This document shows, piece by piece, positions 33,828 to 42,809 of a stretch of DNA of 64,000 bases; the first letter of the stretch is position 1; the number at the start of each line of letters is the position of its first letter. The translations under genes were made by a program, and so were the position numbers. The notes beneath the pieces were generated by a model that ran no database searches, was not told where the DNA came from, and saw only the letters and a program-made list of their open reading frames with translations. Source of the DNA: Aggregatilineales bacterium (GTDB taxonomy: Bacteria; Chloroflexota; Anaerolineae; Aggregatilineales; Ch27); contig JARKNX010000177.1 in NCBI GenBank assembly GCA_029976025.1, positions 8,897-72,896 of the forward strand. The letters run 5' to 3'.

Positions 33828-35606
33828 ATGACTGCACCTGCCGCGACACTCTACCGGCTGAACCGCCTGCGCTACCTGCATATCGTCTTCTTCTTCGGCT
33901 ATCTGGCCCTGCAGATCATCTGGTGGTATCTGTTCGTGCAGCCGATTACCGGGCGGGCCTTTGTCCGGCGCGGAGAGAAGCGGCGCTTCCGCCGCTGGGC
34001 GCGGCAGTTCCGTAATCTGGCCGTGCGGCTGGGCGGTGTGATGATCAAGCTGGGCCAGTTTGTCTCCAGCCGGAGCGATATCCTGCCGCCGGAAATTACC
34101 GGGGAGCTGGCCGACCTGCAGGATGAAGTCCCCCCCGTCCCCTTCGATCAGATGGCCCGCACTCTGCACGAGCAGCTCGGGCCGGACTGGCGGAGCCGCT
34201 TCAGCACGCTGGACACAGACACCGTAGCCGCGGCTTCGCTCGGCCAGGTCTACCGGGGGGCGCTGGCGGAAAATGGCGATCGGGTCGCCATCAAAGTGCA
34301 GCGCCCCGGCATCGCCAACGTCGTCTACACCGATCTCAGCGCCCTGGAAGTCGTGGTTCACTTCGCCATGCGGTTCCGCTATATCCGCCGGCGGGCGAAC
34401 CTGCCGCTGCTGCTTGAGGAATTCGCCCGCGTCCTGTGGGAGGAATTAGACTACACGAAGGAAGCCGCCAACGCTGAACGCTTCGCCGCCCTGTTCAAAG
34501 ACGATATGGGGGTCTACATCCCCTCCGTCTATCACGCCCACAGCACCCGCAGCGTGCTTGTCCTGGAAGATGTCACCGCCATCAAGCTGAACGACTACGC
34601 CGCCATCGCGGCGGCCGGCGTTGATCGCCGCGAGGCCGCCCAGCGCCTGCTGGACACTTACCTGACCATGGTCTTTGTCCACCGCTTCTTCCACGCCGAT
34701 CCTCACGCCGGCAACATCTTCCTCTACCCCCTCCCGCTGAAAGAAGCCCCGCGCCACAAAAGCCACCCGTTCTACCTGATCTTCGTCGATTTCGGTATGA
34801 CGGCGGAGCTGACGCCTCCGCTGGTCGCCGGCCTGCGCGAGACGCTGATCGCCTTAATCACGCGCGACTCAGAGCGCCTGGTGCGCGGCTACCAGCAGCT
34901 AGGCATCCTCCTGCCGGAAGCCGATCTCGACCGCATCAAACAGGCTAACGAAGCCGCCTTCGAGCAGGTGTACGGCCTGAGCATGTCCGAAATGGCCGGC
35001 ATGGACCCGGCCGTCATGCACCGTCTGATGCGCGACTTCAGCGACCTGCTGCTGGACCTCCCCTTTCAGCTCCCGCAGGAATTCGTCTATCTGGGGCGCG
35101 CGGTCGGCATCCTGTCCGGCATGTGCACCGGGCTGGACCCGGCCTTCGACCCCTGGAAGCAGATACAACCGTTTGTGGGCAGGCTCTTGCTGGAAAATAA
35201 CGAAACAGAAACGGCGCAGTCAGGCGAGAGCACCTGGTCGCTGCCGCTGGACTGGAAAACGCTGCGCGGCCTCATCACCCCGAAGACGGCGACGCTCGCC
35301 CTGACGACGGGCCGCGATCTGCTCTCTCAGGTCATCGCCCTGCCGGCCAGAGCCGATAACGCGCTGAGCCGCCTGGAACGCGGCGAGATCAAGGTGCAGG
35401 TACAGCCGACCCGGCAGCTTGAGGAGCGGCTTGATCGGCTGGCCCGGGCGGAAAGACAGATCGCAGCCGCCGTGGTCTTCAGCGGGCTGGCCGTTGCCAG
35501 CGCCCTGCTGTATCTGGGGGGCGAGCCAGCAATGGGGACAGCCGGGGCGATCGCGGCGGGCTTCACGCTGGTCGTCGGCTTCCTGCGCGGACGCTCGCCC
35601 GGCTGA
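33828..35606 (+). CDS. ABC1/UbiB-family atypical kinase with C-terminal TM segments
   Basis: AAASLGQVYRGAL..GDRVAIKVQRPGI and FFHADPHAGNIF motifs. 592 aa. Confidence 0.85.
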   Translation: MTAPAATLYRLNRLRYLHIVFFFGYLALQIIWWYLFVQPITGRAFVRRGEKRRFRRWARQFRNLAVRLGGVMIKLGQFVSSRSDILPPEITGELADLQDEVPPVPFDQMARTLHEQLGPDWRSRFSTLDTDTVAAASLGQVYRGALAENGDRVAIKVQRPGIANVVYTDLSALEVVVHFAMRFRYIRRRANLPLLLEEFARVLWEELDYTKEAANAERFAALFKDDMGVYIPSVYHAHSTRSVLVLEDVTAIKLNDYAAIAAAGVDRREAAQRLLDTYLTMVFVHRFFHADPHAGNIFLYPLPLKEAPRHKSHPFYLIFVDFGMTAELTPPLVAGLRETLIALITRDSERLVRGYQQLGILLPEADLDRIKQANEAAFEQVYGLSMSEMAGMDPAVMHRLMRDFSDLLLDLPFQLPQEFVYLGRAVGILSGMCTGLDPAFDPWKQIQPFVGRLLLENNETETAQSGESTWSLPLDWKTLRGLITPKTATLALTTGRDLLSQVIALPARADNALSRLERGEIKVQVQPTRQLEERLDRLARAERQIAAAVVFSGLAVASALLYLGGEPAMGTAGAIAAGFTLVVGFLRGRSPG

Positions 35607-35685
35607 TCGCAAACTGGCATTTGGCGCCGCATCCGGCTATTATGCGGGCGGGTATTCCCGCCTTATTTGTTCGCCAGGCCTGACC

Positions 35686-37383
35686 ATGCCCGGACTGCCC
35701 GGTAATCATCAGCATTGGCCTTCCATCGTGCGCGGACGGCTGCTGCGAATCGCGCTGGCGACAGCTACCTTGCTGGGAGCGGCACTCTCCCCCGCGTTCC
35801 TGGCTGCGCAGCAGGGCGGCCGGATTCCGCTCTCGCCGGTCGGCCCCTGGCTGCTCTACACCGCCGTTGACGGCCTGATCATCAGCAACCTCGACGGCAG
35901 CGGGCGGACGATCCTCCAACCGCCCGCGGAGGGGTTTACCTTCCACGTCGCCCCCGCTCCGACCGGGGATCGTCTGATTGTTTCGGCCCGGCGGCTGCCC
36001 GATTCGCCGCTCCGAATCGCCGGGGCGAGTGCCAGCCTGCGCCTGCTGACTGTGCCCGGCGGCGGCGCGCGGCGGCTGTTGAACGAGCAGGTTCCGCCGG
36101 GGATGGGGTCGCGCTTCGACGCCCTGAACATCATAGATGCGCTGGATGCGCCGGGACAACCGGCCTGGGCGCCGGGCGGGGATCAGGCTGTCTTCGCCAG
36201 CGCCCATGACGATGGGGATCGCGCAGGCCCCATGCCCGATCTGTACCTCTACCGCCTGTCCGGAGGGAGCATCACCCGCCTGACGCATACCGCCGCCGCG
36301 CCGGTCGAGCTGGTCTGGTCCCCCAGTGGCCGGCGGCTGCTGTGGGAAGATCGGGACGGGCGCGGCAGCCGCGCGAGTCACACCGTCATGATGAAGACAT
36401 TCGCCAGCGCGTCGGGCCGCACAATCGATTCGGATCCCATCCCGCTGGATCTCGCCCTGCCCCCCGGGCAGGCCTGGATCTTCCTCGGCTGGGATGGTCC
36501 GGACCGCTTCTTTTACAGCGGCCAGAGAGACGGCGAACCGCTCCTGCGCGGCCTCTATATTTATGACGCCGAAACTGGCGCGGTTAATTTCCTGCTGCCG
36601 CCAGAGGCGAGGCTCCTCCCCCCCGCTTTCGATCCCGGCAGCCGGGCGCTCCTGGTCGCCCTCACCGGGGGTGACGGCGGCACTCCCGGCCTCTACCGGA
36701 TTGATCCGGATACCGGCACCCGCGCCTTCCTGATGCCCATCCCGCCCGCTATTGAGGCCGTCCGCTGGGAGCCTGCACTGGCCGGTTTCGTCATCGTGGC
36801 CGCCAACGAATCGCGGCTCTTCCGGATGTCAGAACTCCCGTTCACCATCCCCTTGCCGGCCGGGATGCCGTTCCCCGCCCCGACAGGCGAAGCAATCGTG
36901 TTCCGCACGCCCGGCGTGGAACTGGCGTTATCGGTCCGCCTGGATGCCCCGGCGCAGGTTATCTGGAGCGGTGAGAGCACGCCCCCGCTCTGGTCTCCCT
37001 CCGGAGAGGCTGCTTACAGCATCATCAGCGGGGCGCCCGCGCCGGGCATCAACATAACGCCGGGGCTGCTGAGCATCCCGGGCGATGGGAGCGCGCCGGT
37101 GACGCTCGATGCAGAGGCCGTGCCCGGCGTCCTGTTCTGGATATCGCCCCGGGAAATCGCCGTCCTGGCCGACTCCCGGATCGCGCTGCGAGCAGGTCCG
37201 TCTGACGATGCCGCCATATACAGCGTGCTGCGCGGAGATGAGCCGCTGGCCCGCCTCCGGGGGCGCAACCGGGCCGGCAACTGGCTGCTGGTGGAGCTGA
37301 GCGATGGGCGAAGCGGGTGGATGCTGGCCGGGCAGCTCACGTTCAGCGGCGTGTCGGACGCCCTCCCCATCCTGGCCGATTGA
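35686..37383 (+). CDS. Secreted PD40/TolB-like beta-propeller protein with C-terminal SH3b-like domain
   Basis: ATG at 35686 gives signal peptide RIALATATLLGAALSPAFLAAQQ. Repeated W.P.G../..SP.G patterns (AWAPGGDQAVF, VWSPSGRRLLW, LWSPSGEAAY). C-terminus IALRAGPSDDAAIYSVLRGDE...GWMLAGQL. Confidence 0.65.
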   Translation: MPGLPGNHQHWPSIVRGRLLRIALATATLLGAALSPAFLAAQQGGRIPLSPVGPWLLYTAVDGLIISNLDGSGRTILQPPAEGFTFHVAPAPTGDRLIVSARRLPDSPLRIAGASASLRLLTVPGGGARRLLNEQVPPGMGSRFDALNIIDALDAPGQPAWAPGGDQAVFASAHDDGDRAGPMPDLYLYRLSGGSITRLTHTAAAPVELVWSPSGRRLLWEDRDGRGSRASHTVMMKTFASASGRTIDSDPIPLDLALPPGQAWIFLGWDGPDRFFYSGQRDGEPLLRGLYIYDAETGAVNFLLPPEARLLPPAFDPGSRALLVALTGGDGGTPGLYRIDPDTGTRAFLMPIPPAIEAVRWEPALAGFVIVAANESRLFRMSELPFTIPLPAGMPFPAPTGEAIVFRTPGVELALSVRLDAPAQVIWSGESTPPLWSPSGEAAYSIISGAPAPGINITPGLLSIPGDGSAPVTLDAEAVPGVLFWISPREIAVLADSRIALRAGPSDDAAIYSVLRGDEPLARLRGRNRAGNWLLVELSDGRSGWMLAGQLTFSGVSDALPILAD

Positions 37384-37463
37384 AACGCAAGAGGAGCCTC
37401 CCCGGCCGGGAAACTCCTCTGTGCGTATCGGCAGATGTGAGGCGCGGATACGCCCGTTGAATC

Positions 37464-37826
37464 CTAGCTGACCTCGACCCTGACCTTGGTCTTGCCGGTG
37501 GTGCTGGGCGGCTCATCTTCCTCAGCGTCATCGACATCCATCGCCTCAAGGCGGGCGCTCAGATCGGCCAGGACCACCTTGAACGAACGCTTGAAAGCGC
37601 GCTTGGCCTCACGACTATGAACCCTGAAGCCATCGGGGATCAGGGCCTCCAGGGCGAGCCGGGTCTCCTCGGCGGCATGCTTTTGATGACGCATAAAGGC
37701 ATCGAACACCGTCTCATCTCCCTGCCGGAGTTCTTCTTCGGCGGCTGCTTCCTGCCCGATCGGTTCCTGTTCCATCGCTTCCTCGACTGGCTCAATCGGC
37801 GGTTCTTGCTTCTTGCGCGGACTCAT
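37464..37826 (-). CDS. Hypothetical protein (120 aa, acidic termini)
   Basis: ATG at 37826 is preceded by GGAGGTGTACTG. The longer 207-aa track ORF overlaps the upstream dehydrogenase gene. Confidence 0.5.
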   Translation of the reverse strand: MSPRKKQEPPIEPVEEAMEQEPIGQEAAAEEELRQGDETVFDAFMRHQKHAAEETRLALEALIPDGFRVHSREAKRAFKRSFKVVLADLSARLEAMDVDDAEEDEPPSTTGKTKVRVEVS

Positions 37827-37933
37827 CAGTACACCTCCATAAAGATACCGGCCCTGTTGACTATCTGCTTTATAATACGCAGCAGGCGGCCAGCGGTTGC
37901 GGGCGCTCATCAAATCCTCATACCGGGGCGGCG

Positions 37934-38956
37934 TCAATACCTCCGCTCCCAGTCCACGACGTTGACCATTTCCCGGCCGGCCACATAACGCCGCAGGTTC
38001 TCCACAAATACATCCACTGCCCGGTCCAGATAGTCCGGCATCGCGCCGGCGATGTGCGGGCTGATGATCAGGTTCGGCGCAGCCCACAGCGGGCTGTCCT
38101 CCGGCAGCGGCTCCGTCGCAAAGACATCAAAGCCTGCCCCGGCAAGCGCGCCCGATTGCAACGCCTGCAGCAGGGCCGCTTCATCCACGATCCCGCCCCG
38201 CGCCAGGTTGATCAGCACCGCGCCCGGCTTCATGGCGGCAATCGCCTCAGCATCAAAGATATTCTCGGTCTCCGGCGTGCGCGGCGTCAGCACCACCACG
38301 TAATCGCAGTCTTTGAGCATGGATTTGAGCGCCTGCGGAGGGTACAGCCGGTGGGAAAGAGTGCCGTCCGGATCTCCAATCCCCGGCAGGGTATATTCCA
38401 CACGCTCGCCCGGACGCATAGCCTCGCGCTTGGTCGCCAGAATCTGCATCCCCAGCGCCCGGCCCAGCCGCCCCAGCTCCCTCCCGATGCTCCCGTAGCC
38501 GACGATGCCCAGCGTCGCCCCGCGCAGCAGGCGCGGCTCCAGCAGGCGGTGCGCCTCGCGCGGCCACTCATGGGCGGCCTGATGCCTGAGCAAAGCCGGG
38601 ATATGGCGGGCGCAAGCCAGCATCAAAGCCAGCGCGTGCTCGGCCATTGTCACCGCGTGAATACCGCTCGCTGTGCTCAGGAGCACGTCATGCGTGTCAA
38701 ACAGCGGATGTTCGATCAGGCGATCGACGCCGGCGGAGGTCACCTGCACCCAGCGCAGGTTAGGCGCCATCTCGCGATCGGGCACCAGATCGCCCGTGAA
38801 AAGCACCTCCGCTTCGCCCCATACATCGGGCGGAATATCGGCGGCGGTATGGGCCGGGTGGTATACCACCCGCAATCGCGGAGAAACTTCCTGAAGCTGC
38901 TGAAGCAGCCGATCGTCCGCTCTGACCGTCACCAGCACCGTGATCTTGTCCTGCAT
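37934..38956 (-). CDS. D-isomer-specific 2-hydroxyacid dehydrogenase (NAD-binding)
   Basis: GIVGYGSIGRELGRLGRALGM Rossmann motif. LINLARGGIVDE and ISPHIAG catalytic-region motifs. ATG at 38956 follows GGAGGAGAAGAACAC. Confidence 0.85.
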   Translation of the reverse strand: MQDKITVLVTVRADDRLLQQLQEVSPRLRVVYHPAHTAADIPPDVWGEAEVLFTGDLVPDREMAPNLRWVQVTSAGVDRLIEHPLFDTHDVLLSTASGIHAVTMAEHALALMLACARHIPALLRHQAAHEWPREAHRLLEPRLLRGATLGIVGYGSIGRELGRLGRALGMQILATKREAMRPGERVEYTLPGIGDPDGTLSHRLYPPQALKSMLKDCDYVVVLTPRTPETENIFDAEAIAAMKPGAVLINLARGGIVDEAALLQALQSGALAGAGFDVFATEPLPEDSPLWAAPNLIISPHIAGAMPDYLDRAVDVFVENLRRYVAGREMVNVVDWERRY

Positions 38957-39029
38957 GTGTTCTTCTCCTCCGGTGACAACGCGCATATCAGCGCCGCGCT
39001 GCCAGCATACCACAGACAGCGCCGCACGC

Positions 39030-39215
39030 CTAACCGCCCCACAGGCCGATCAACATCCCCAGGGTCACCACAATCAGCCCCAGCCAGGCCAGCCAATCCA
39101 GCCCGTTCTGCAGGCCGATATAGATGGGCAGCACCGGGATCGCCACCAGCAGCAAAGCCGCCGTCTGGATCGCCTGCTTATGCTGTTTTGTGATCCGCCG
39201 CATTGTCTCTATCAT
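39030..39215 (-). CDS. Small two-TM membrane protein (61 aa)
   Basis: ATG at 39215 is preceded by GGGAGGACGCTGAC. Product MIETMRRITKQHKQAIQTAALLLVAIPVLPIYIGLQNGLDWLAWLGLIVVTLGMLIGLWGG. Lies directly downstream of the lactate permease stop. Confidence 0.5.
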   Translation of the reverse strand: MIETMRRITKQHKQAIQTAALLLVAIPVLPIYIGLQNGLDWLAWLGLIVVTLGMLIGLWGG

Positions 39216-39229
39216 GTCAGCGTCCTCCC

Positions 39230-40822
39230 TCATATAATCCGCAGCAAAGCGGCGCCCAGCACGGCGACAAAGAGCAGAAGCACAACGGTATAGATCAACA
39301 GCTTCCGCATAATCAGGCCTTCCTGCCCGCTCAGGCCGACAGTGCTGGCCCCCACAATGATCTTGGCCGGGGCCAGGACGCTGGCGATGCCCGCCGCCGT
39401 CGTCTGAATCCCCAGCACCAGGGCGACATTCAGGCCGAGCAGCGCCGCCGTTTCCATCTGAAGACCTCCGAATACAGTGTTGGAATTGGTGTTGCTGCCG
39501 GTCATGAAGGCTCCGATCGCCCCGATCAGCGTAGAGACGAAGGCGTACAGGCCGGGCGGCACAGCCTGGCTGAGCCATTCAGCCAGCGCCCGCGTCATCC
39601 CTACGTTGGACATGATGGTCGCCATCCCGACCATGGAGATCACCCCCAGCGCCGGGCTGATCGACCCCTTGATCGTATCGCGCACAATGATCCCGGTGTC
39701 GCCGGGCCGGTAGAACCCCTTGATCCGGAAGATAACATGGATAATGACTGACGTATACAGCAGAACCGAGCCGGTATGCCCCACAATATCCAGCGACAGG
39801 TCGGGAGCCGCTGGCGTCACCCAGCCGAGCGTCGTGGTCACTTCCGGCACGGGCGTCATAACCAGAAAACGCGCGAGGAAATCGCCCACTGCCGGTATGC
39901 CCTTCATCACAATAGCCAGCACAACCAGAATCACGTAGCCAGAGATAGCCAGGGCGAAAGGCGGCATCGGCCGTCCGTTGCGCGGCGCAGCAGCGGACGG
40001 GTTGGCCGGAGCGGCCTCCGGCGTAATCTCAGCGGCGCGGCGGTAGAACGGCCAGCGCGTCACCCACAGGCCGACGATCAGGCCGGCCAGGGCGGCCAGC
40101 ACTGCGGCGATGCTGTACAGATTCCGGCTCGCCAGCATGTACTGTATGACGGCCATCACCGCCCCCAGCACGAGCACTGCCGGCAGCCCGCGCCGCACGC
40201 CGCGCCAGCCGGCGTAGGCATAGGCAGCGAGCAGGCCACAGGCGAAACCGCCCGCGCCCAGCAGGACGGCTGACGGCGGCGCCAGCACAGCCGGGTCCAT
40301 GCCGGTGACGCCGACCAGGGCGATGAAAGAAGAGCTGAGCGAGCCAAAAGTCACTGCCCAGCCGTGGGCGACGGAAGGCACCAGGACAGCCACCAGCGGC
40401 GTCAGCCCCAGCCCGAGCAGCAGCGGCGAAACTACGGCCACCGGCAACCCGAACCCTCCCACGCCCTGCAAAAACGACGCAAATACCCACCCCACCAGCA
40501 GCACACGCAGCACATCGTCTCGCGTCAGGGCGGTGAACCAGCGGGCAATCGACCCCATCCCGCCGGCCTGCTCCACCACGTGATACAGCAGGAGCGCGGA
40601 CCACACGATATAGACAACGTCGAAGGTCAGGGCGAACGAGCTGACCTGGGCGTAACCGATCACTTCCAGCGTAGCCCCGAACCGGAGGAGCGCGATCAGC
40701 AAGGCGACAAACCATCCTGCGGGTCCGGCTTTGCTGCCGCCCCAGTTGAAGCCAACCATCAGCACCAGCACAAACAGCGGCGGTAAGGCGGATAATAAGA
40801 TGTCGATAGGTGCTACAGACAT
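39230..40822 (-). CDS. L-lactate permease (LctP family)
   Basis: About 530 aa, polytopic, Gly/Ala/Leu-rich, with overall LctP-like organisation. Start ambiguous (ATG 40822 versus TTG 40843). Confidence 0.75.
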   Translation of the reverse strand: MSVAPIDILLSALPPLFVLVLMVGFNWGGSKAGPAGWFVALLIALLRFGATLEVIGYAQVSSFALTFDVVYIVWSALLLYHVVEQAGGMGSIARWFTALTRDDVLRVLLVGWVFASFLQGVGGFGLPVAVVSPLLLGLGLTPLVAVLVPSVAHGWAVTFGSLSSSFIALVGVTGMDPAVLAPPSAVLLGAGGFACGLLAAYAYAGWRGVRRGLPAVLVLGAVMAVIQYMLASRNLYSIAAVLAALAGLIVGLWVTRWPFYRRAAEITPEAAPANPSAAAPRNGRPMPPFALAISGYVILVVLAIVMKGIPAVGDFLARFLVMTPVPEVTTTLGWVTPAAPDLSLDIVGHTGSVLLYTSVIIHVIFRIKGFYRPGDTGIIVRDTIKGSISPALGVISMVGMATIMSNVGMTRALAEWLSQAVPPGLYAFVSTLIGAIGAFMTGSNTNSNTVFGGLQMETAALLGLNVALVLGIQTTAAGIASVLAPAKIIVGASTVGLSGQEGLIMRKLLIYTVVLLLFVAVLGAALLRII

Positions 40823-40958
40823 ATCGTTCTCATTCTGAGGCAATGGAAGCGAAGGGATTCCGTAGGGTACGCGTAGGGTAATCGTCAGGAAATTTGGATA
40901 ATTTCAGGTTATTATTCACCGCGAAGGGCGAAATCTCTTCTTCTCCTCCTTTTTGACA

Positions 40959-40997
40959 GCGACCTGGAGTTCGGCGTCTCCAGGTCGCGCCCTTTTT
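40959..40997 (+). terminator. Orphan 11-bp perfect hairpin + T-tract in the lctP / mpg divergent spacer
   Basis: GCGACCTGGAG-ttcggcgt-CTCCAGGTCGC followed by GCCCTTTTTAG. No plus-strand CDS lies upstream. Could be an sRNA terminator or an operator palindrome. Confidence 0.4.
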
Positions 40998-41138
40998 AGC
41001 GCGCGCCAGAGTATACCGCACATGACAATGGGCAACAGAAAGCAGGAAAAAAAGCAGCCCGCAGAAGACACCCGCCCCCGAACACCATCTATCGCACATT
41101 ACTGTTCTCACCCTGAACTTCGAGGTACAATTCCCGCC

Positions 41139-41744
41139 ATGTCCGTCCTCCCCCGTACCTTTTACGATCGCCCCACTGTCGTTGTCGCCCGCGATCTGCT
41201 CGGCCGCGTCCTGGTGCGCATGCTGGATGGGGAGCGGCTGGCCGGGCGTATCGTGGAGACCGAAGCCTATATCGGGCCGGAAGACCTGGCCTGCCACGCG
41301 CGGGCAGGCCGCACGGCGCGCACCAACGTCCTGTTCGGCCCACCCGGACACGCCTATATTTATTTCACCTACGGCATGCACTGGAAGCTGAAGCCTTTCA
41401 CCGAGAATGAAGGGCACGGCAGCGGCGTCCTGCTCCGGGCGCTGGAGCCGCTGGAAGGGGTGGAGCGGATCGCGGCGAACCGCCAGGCCGCGCGCGGCCC
41501 TATGCCACCCCGCGCCTGGACATCCGGCCCGGCGCGGCTGACCCAGGCGCTGCAGATCGACGGCTCGCTGAAAGGGACCGACCTGACCGGCGACGTGTTA
41601 TTTATTGAGCCAGGCGAGCCAGTCCCGGATGAAAACGTGCAAACAGGGCCGCGCGTGGGGATCACCTACACGCCGGAACCCTGGCGGTCGCAGCCCTGGC
41701 GCTTCTGGCTGAAAGACTCCCCGTTCGTATCGAATTCACGCTAA
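41139..41744 (+). CDS. mpg: DNA-3-methyladenine glycosylase (Mpg/AAG family)
   Basis: MSVLPRTFYDRPTVVVARDLLGRVLV...RIVETEAYIGPEDLACHA...PGHAYIYFTYGMHW is the characteristic family signature. 201 aa. Confidence 0.85.
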   Translation: MSVLPRTFYDRPTVVVARDLLGRVLVRMLDGERLAGRIVETEAYIGPEDLACHARAGRTARTNVLFGPPGHAYIYFTYGMHWKLKPFTENEGHGSGVLLRALEPLEGVERIAANRQAARGPMPPRAWTSGPARLTQALQIDGSLKGTDLTGDVLFIEPGEPVPDENVQTGPRVGITYTPEPWRSQPWRFWLKDSPFVSNSR

Positions 41745-41846
41745 AAGCGTTGTATAGTTTATGTCACCGCAATCGGGGAAGGTGTGCCCCGTGCAGCAGA
41801 CGCCGGTCTGCCCGAAGAGTTATTCCTGCCAGAAGGAGTTAATATC

Positions 41847-42659
41847 ATGGGGTTGGTAGACGGAAAAAATGCGCTTGTCTTTGGCGTTGCCAATAACCGT
41901 TCCATTGCCTGGGGGATTACCGAAGCCCTGCACCGCGAAGGGGCCAGAATCGGCCTCAGCTATGCCATTCCGCAGTTGGAAAAGCGCGTCTTTCCGCTGG
42001 CCGAATCAATCGGCTGCACCTTTGTCGAGCGCGCCGATGTCAACAACGATGAGGAGCTTGACGCCGTTTTCGCTAAGGCCGGGGAGGCTTTCGGGCGGCT
42101 CGATATCCTCGTCCACGCTGTGGCCTACGCCGAGCGCGAAGACCTGGCCGGCAACTATATCAATACCAGCCGCCAGGGGTTCATCACCGCGCTGGAGACC
42201 AGCGCCTACAGCCTGGTGGCGCTCGCCAAACGGGCCGCCCCGTTGATGACCTCTGGTGGCAGCATCATCACCCTCTCCTACTTCGGCGCGGAGAAGGTCA
42301 TGCCCCGCTACAACGTGATGGCGGTGGCGAAGGCCGCGCTAGAATGCTCCGTCCGCTATCTGGCCAGCGACCTCGGCCCGCAGAAAATCCGCGTTAACGC
42401 CATCAGCGCCGGGGCGATCAAGACGCTGGCTGCGTCCGGAATCGCCGGCTTCCGCCTGATGCTCAAATATAGCGAAGAGGCGACGCCGCTGGGTCGCAAC
42501 GTCACGCAGGAAGATGTCGGCAACACGGCGCTGTGGCTGTGCTCCGACCTCAGCAGCGCCGTCACCGGGGAGACAATCTACGTCGATGCCGGCTACAACA
42601 TCCTCGGCCTGCACCTGACCAACGAGCAACGCCAGGCTTTTCTGGAGCCGGAGGAATAG
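41847..42659 (+). CDS. fabI: Enoyl-[acyl-carrier-protein] reductase (NADH) FabI
   Basis: [27 protein letters not shown]. Catalytic region [23 protein letters not shown] (Y...K). Confidence 0.9.
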   Translation: MGLVDGKNALVFGVANNRSIAWGITEALHREGARIGLSYAIPQLEKRVFPLAESIGCTFVERADVNNDEELDAVFAKAGEAFGRLDILVHAVAYAEREDLAGNYINTSRQGFITALETSAYSLVALAKRAAPLMTSGGSIITLSYFGAEKVMPRYNVMAVAKAALECSVRYLASDLGPQKIRVNAISAGAIKTLAASGIAGFRLMLKYSEEATPLGRNVTQEDVGNTALWLCSDLSSAVTGETIYVDAGYNILGLHLTNEQRQAFLEPEE

Positions 42660-42700
42660 GCGCGCCTGCAAGTCGCCTGTCCAGATGAGAAATTCGTGAG

Positions 42701-42722
42701 GGGGCGGCATCAGCCGCCCCCG
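42701..42722 (+). terminator. GC-rich hairpin after fabI
   Basis: GGGGGCGGC-atca-GCCGCCCCC, 42 nt after the stop. No clear U-tract. Confidence 0.4.
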
Positions 42723-42809
42723 TACTATATCCGGCCCCGCCCAACCTGGCTATACTTATTCCAACAATCTGGACTAACAGCATACAGTAGTAACAAGGGA
42801 GTACAGCGC

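Noticed and set aside
39216-39578. Long (182-aa) version of the ORF at 39030-39578.
   Set aside because: The upstream two-thirds overlaps the 3' end of the lactate permease gene in another frame. Only the last 61 codons, preceded by GGGAGGA, form a plausible two-TM peptide.
40830-41417. 195-aa minus-strand ORF spanning the lctP/mpg spacer, and a possible 29-codon GTG uORF upstream of lctP.
   Set aside because: The ORF runs antisense through the well-supported mpg gene. The short version lacks a convincing start/SD pairing, since the GGAGGA is ~25 nt from the GTG.
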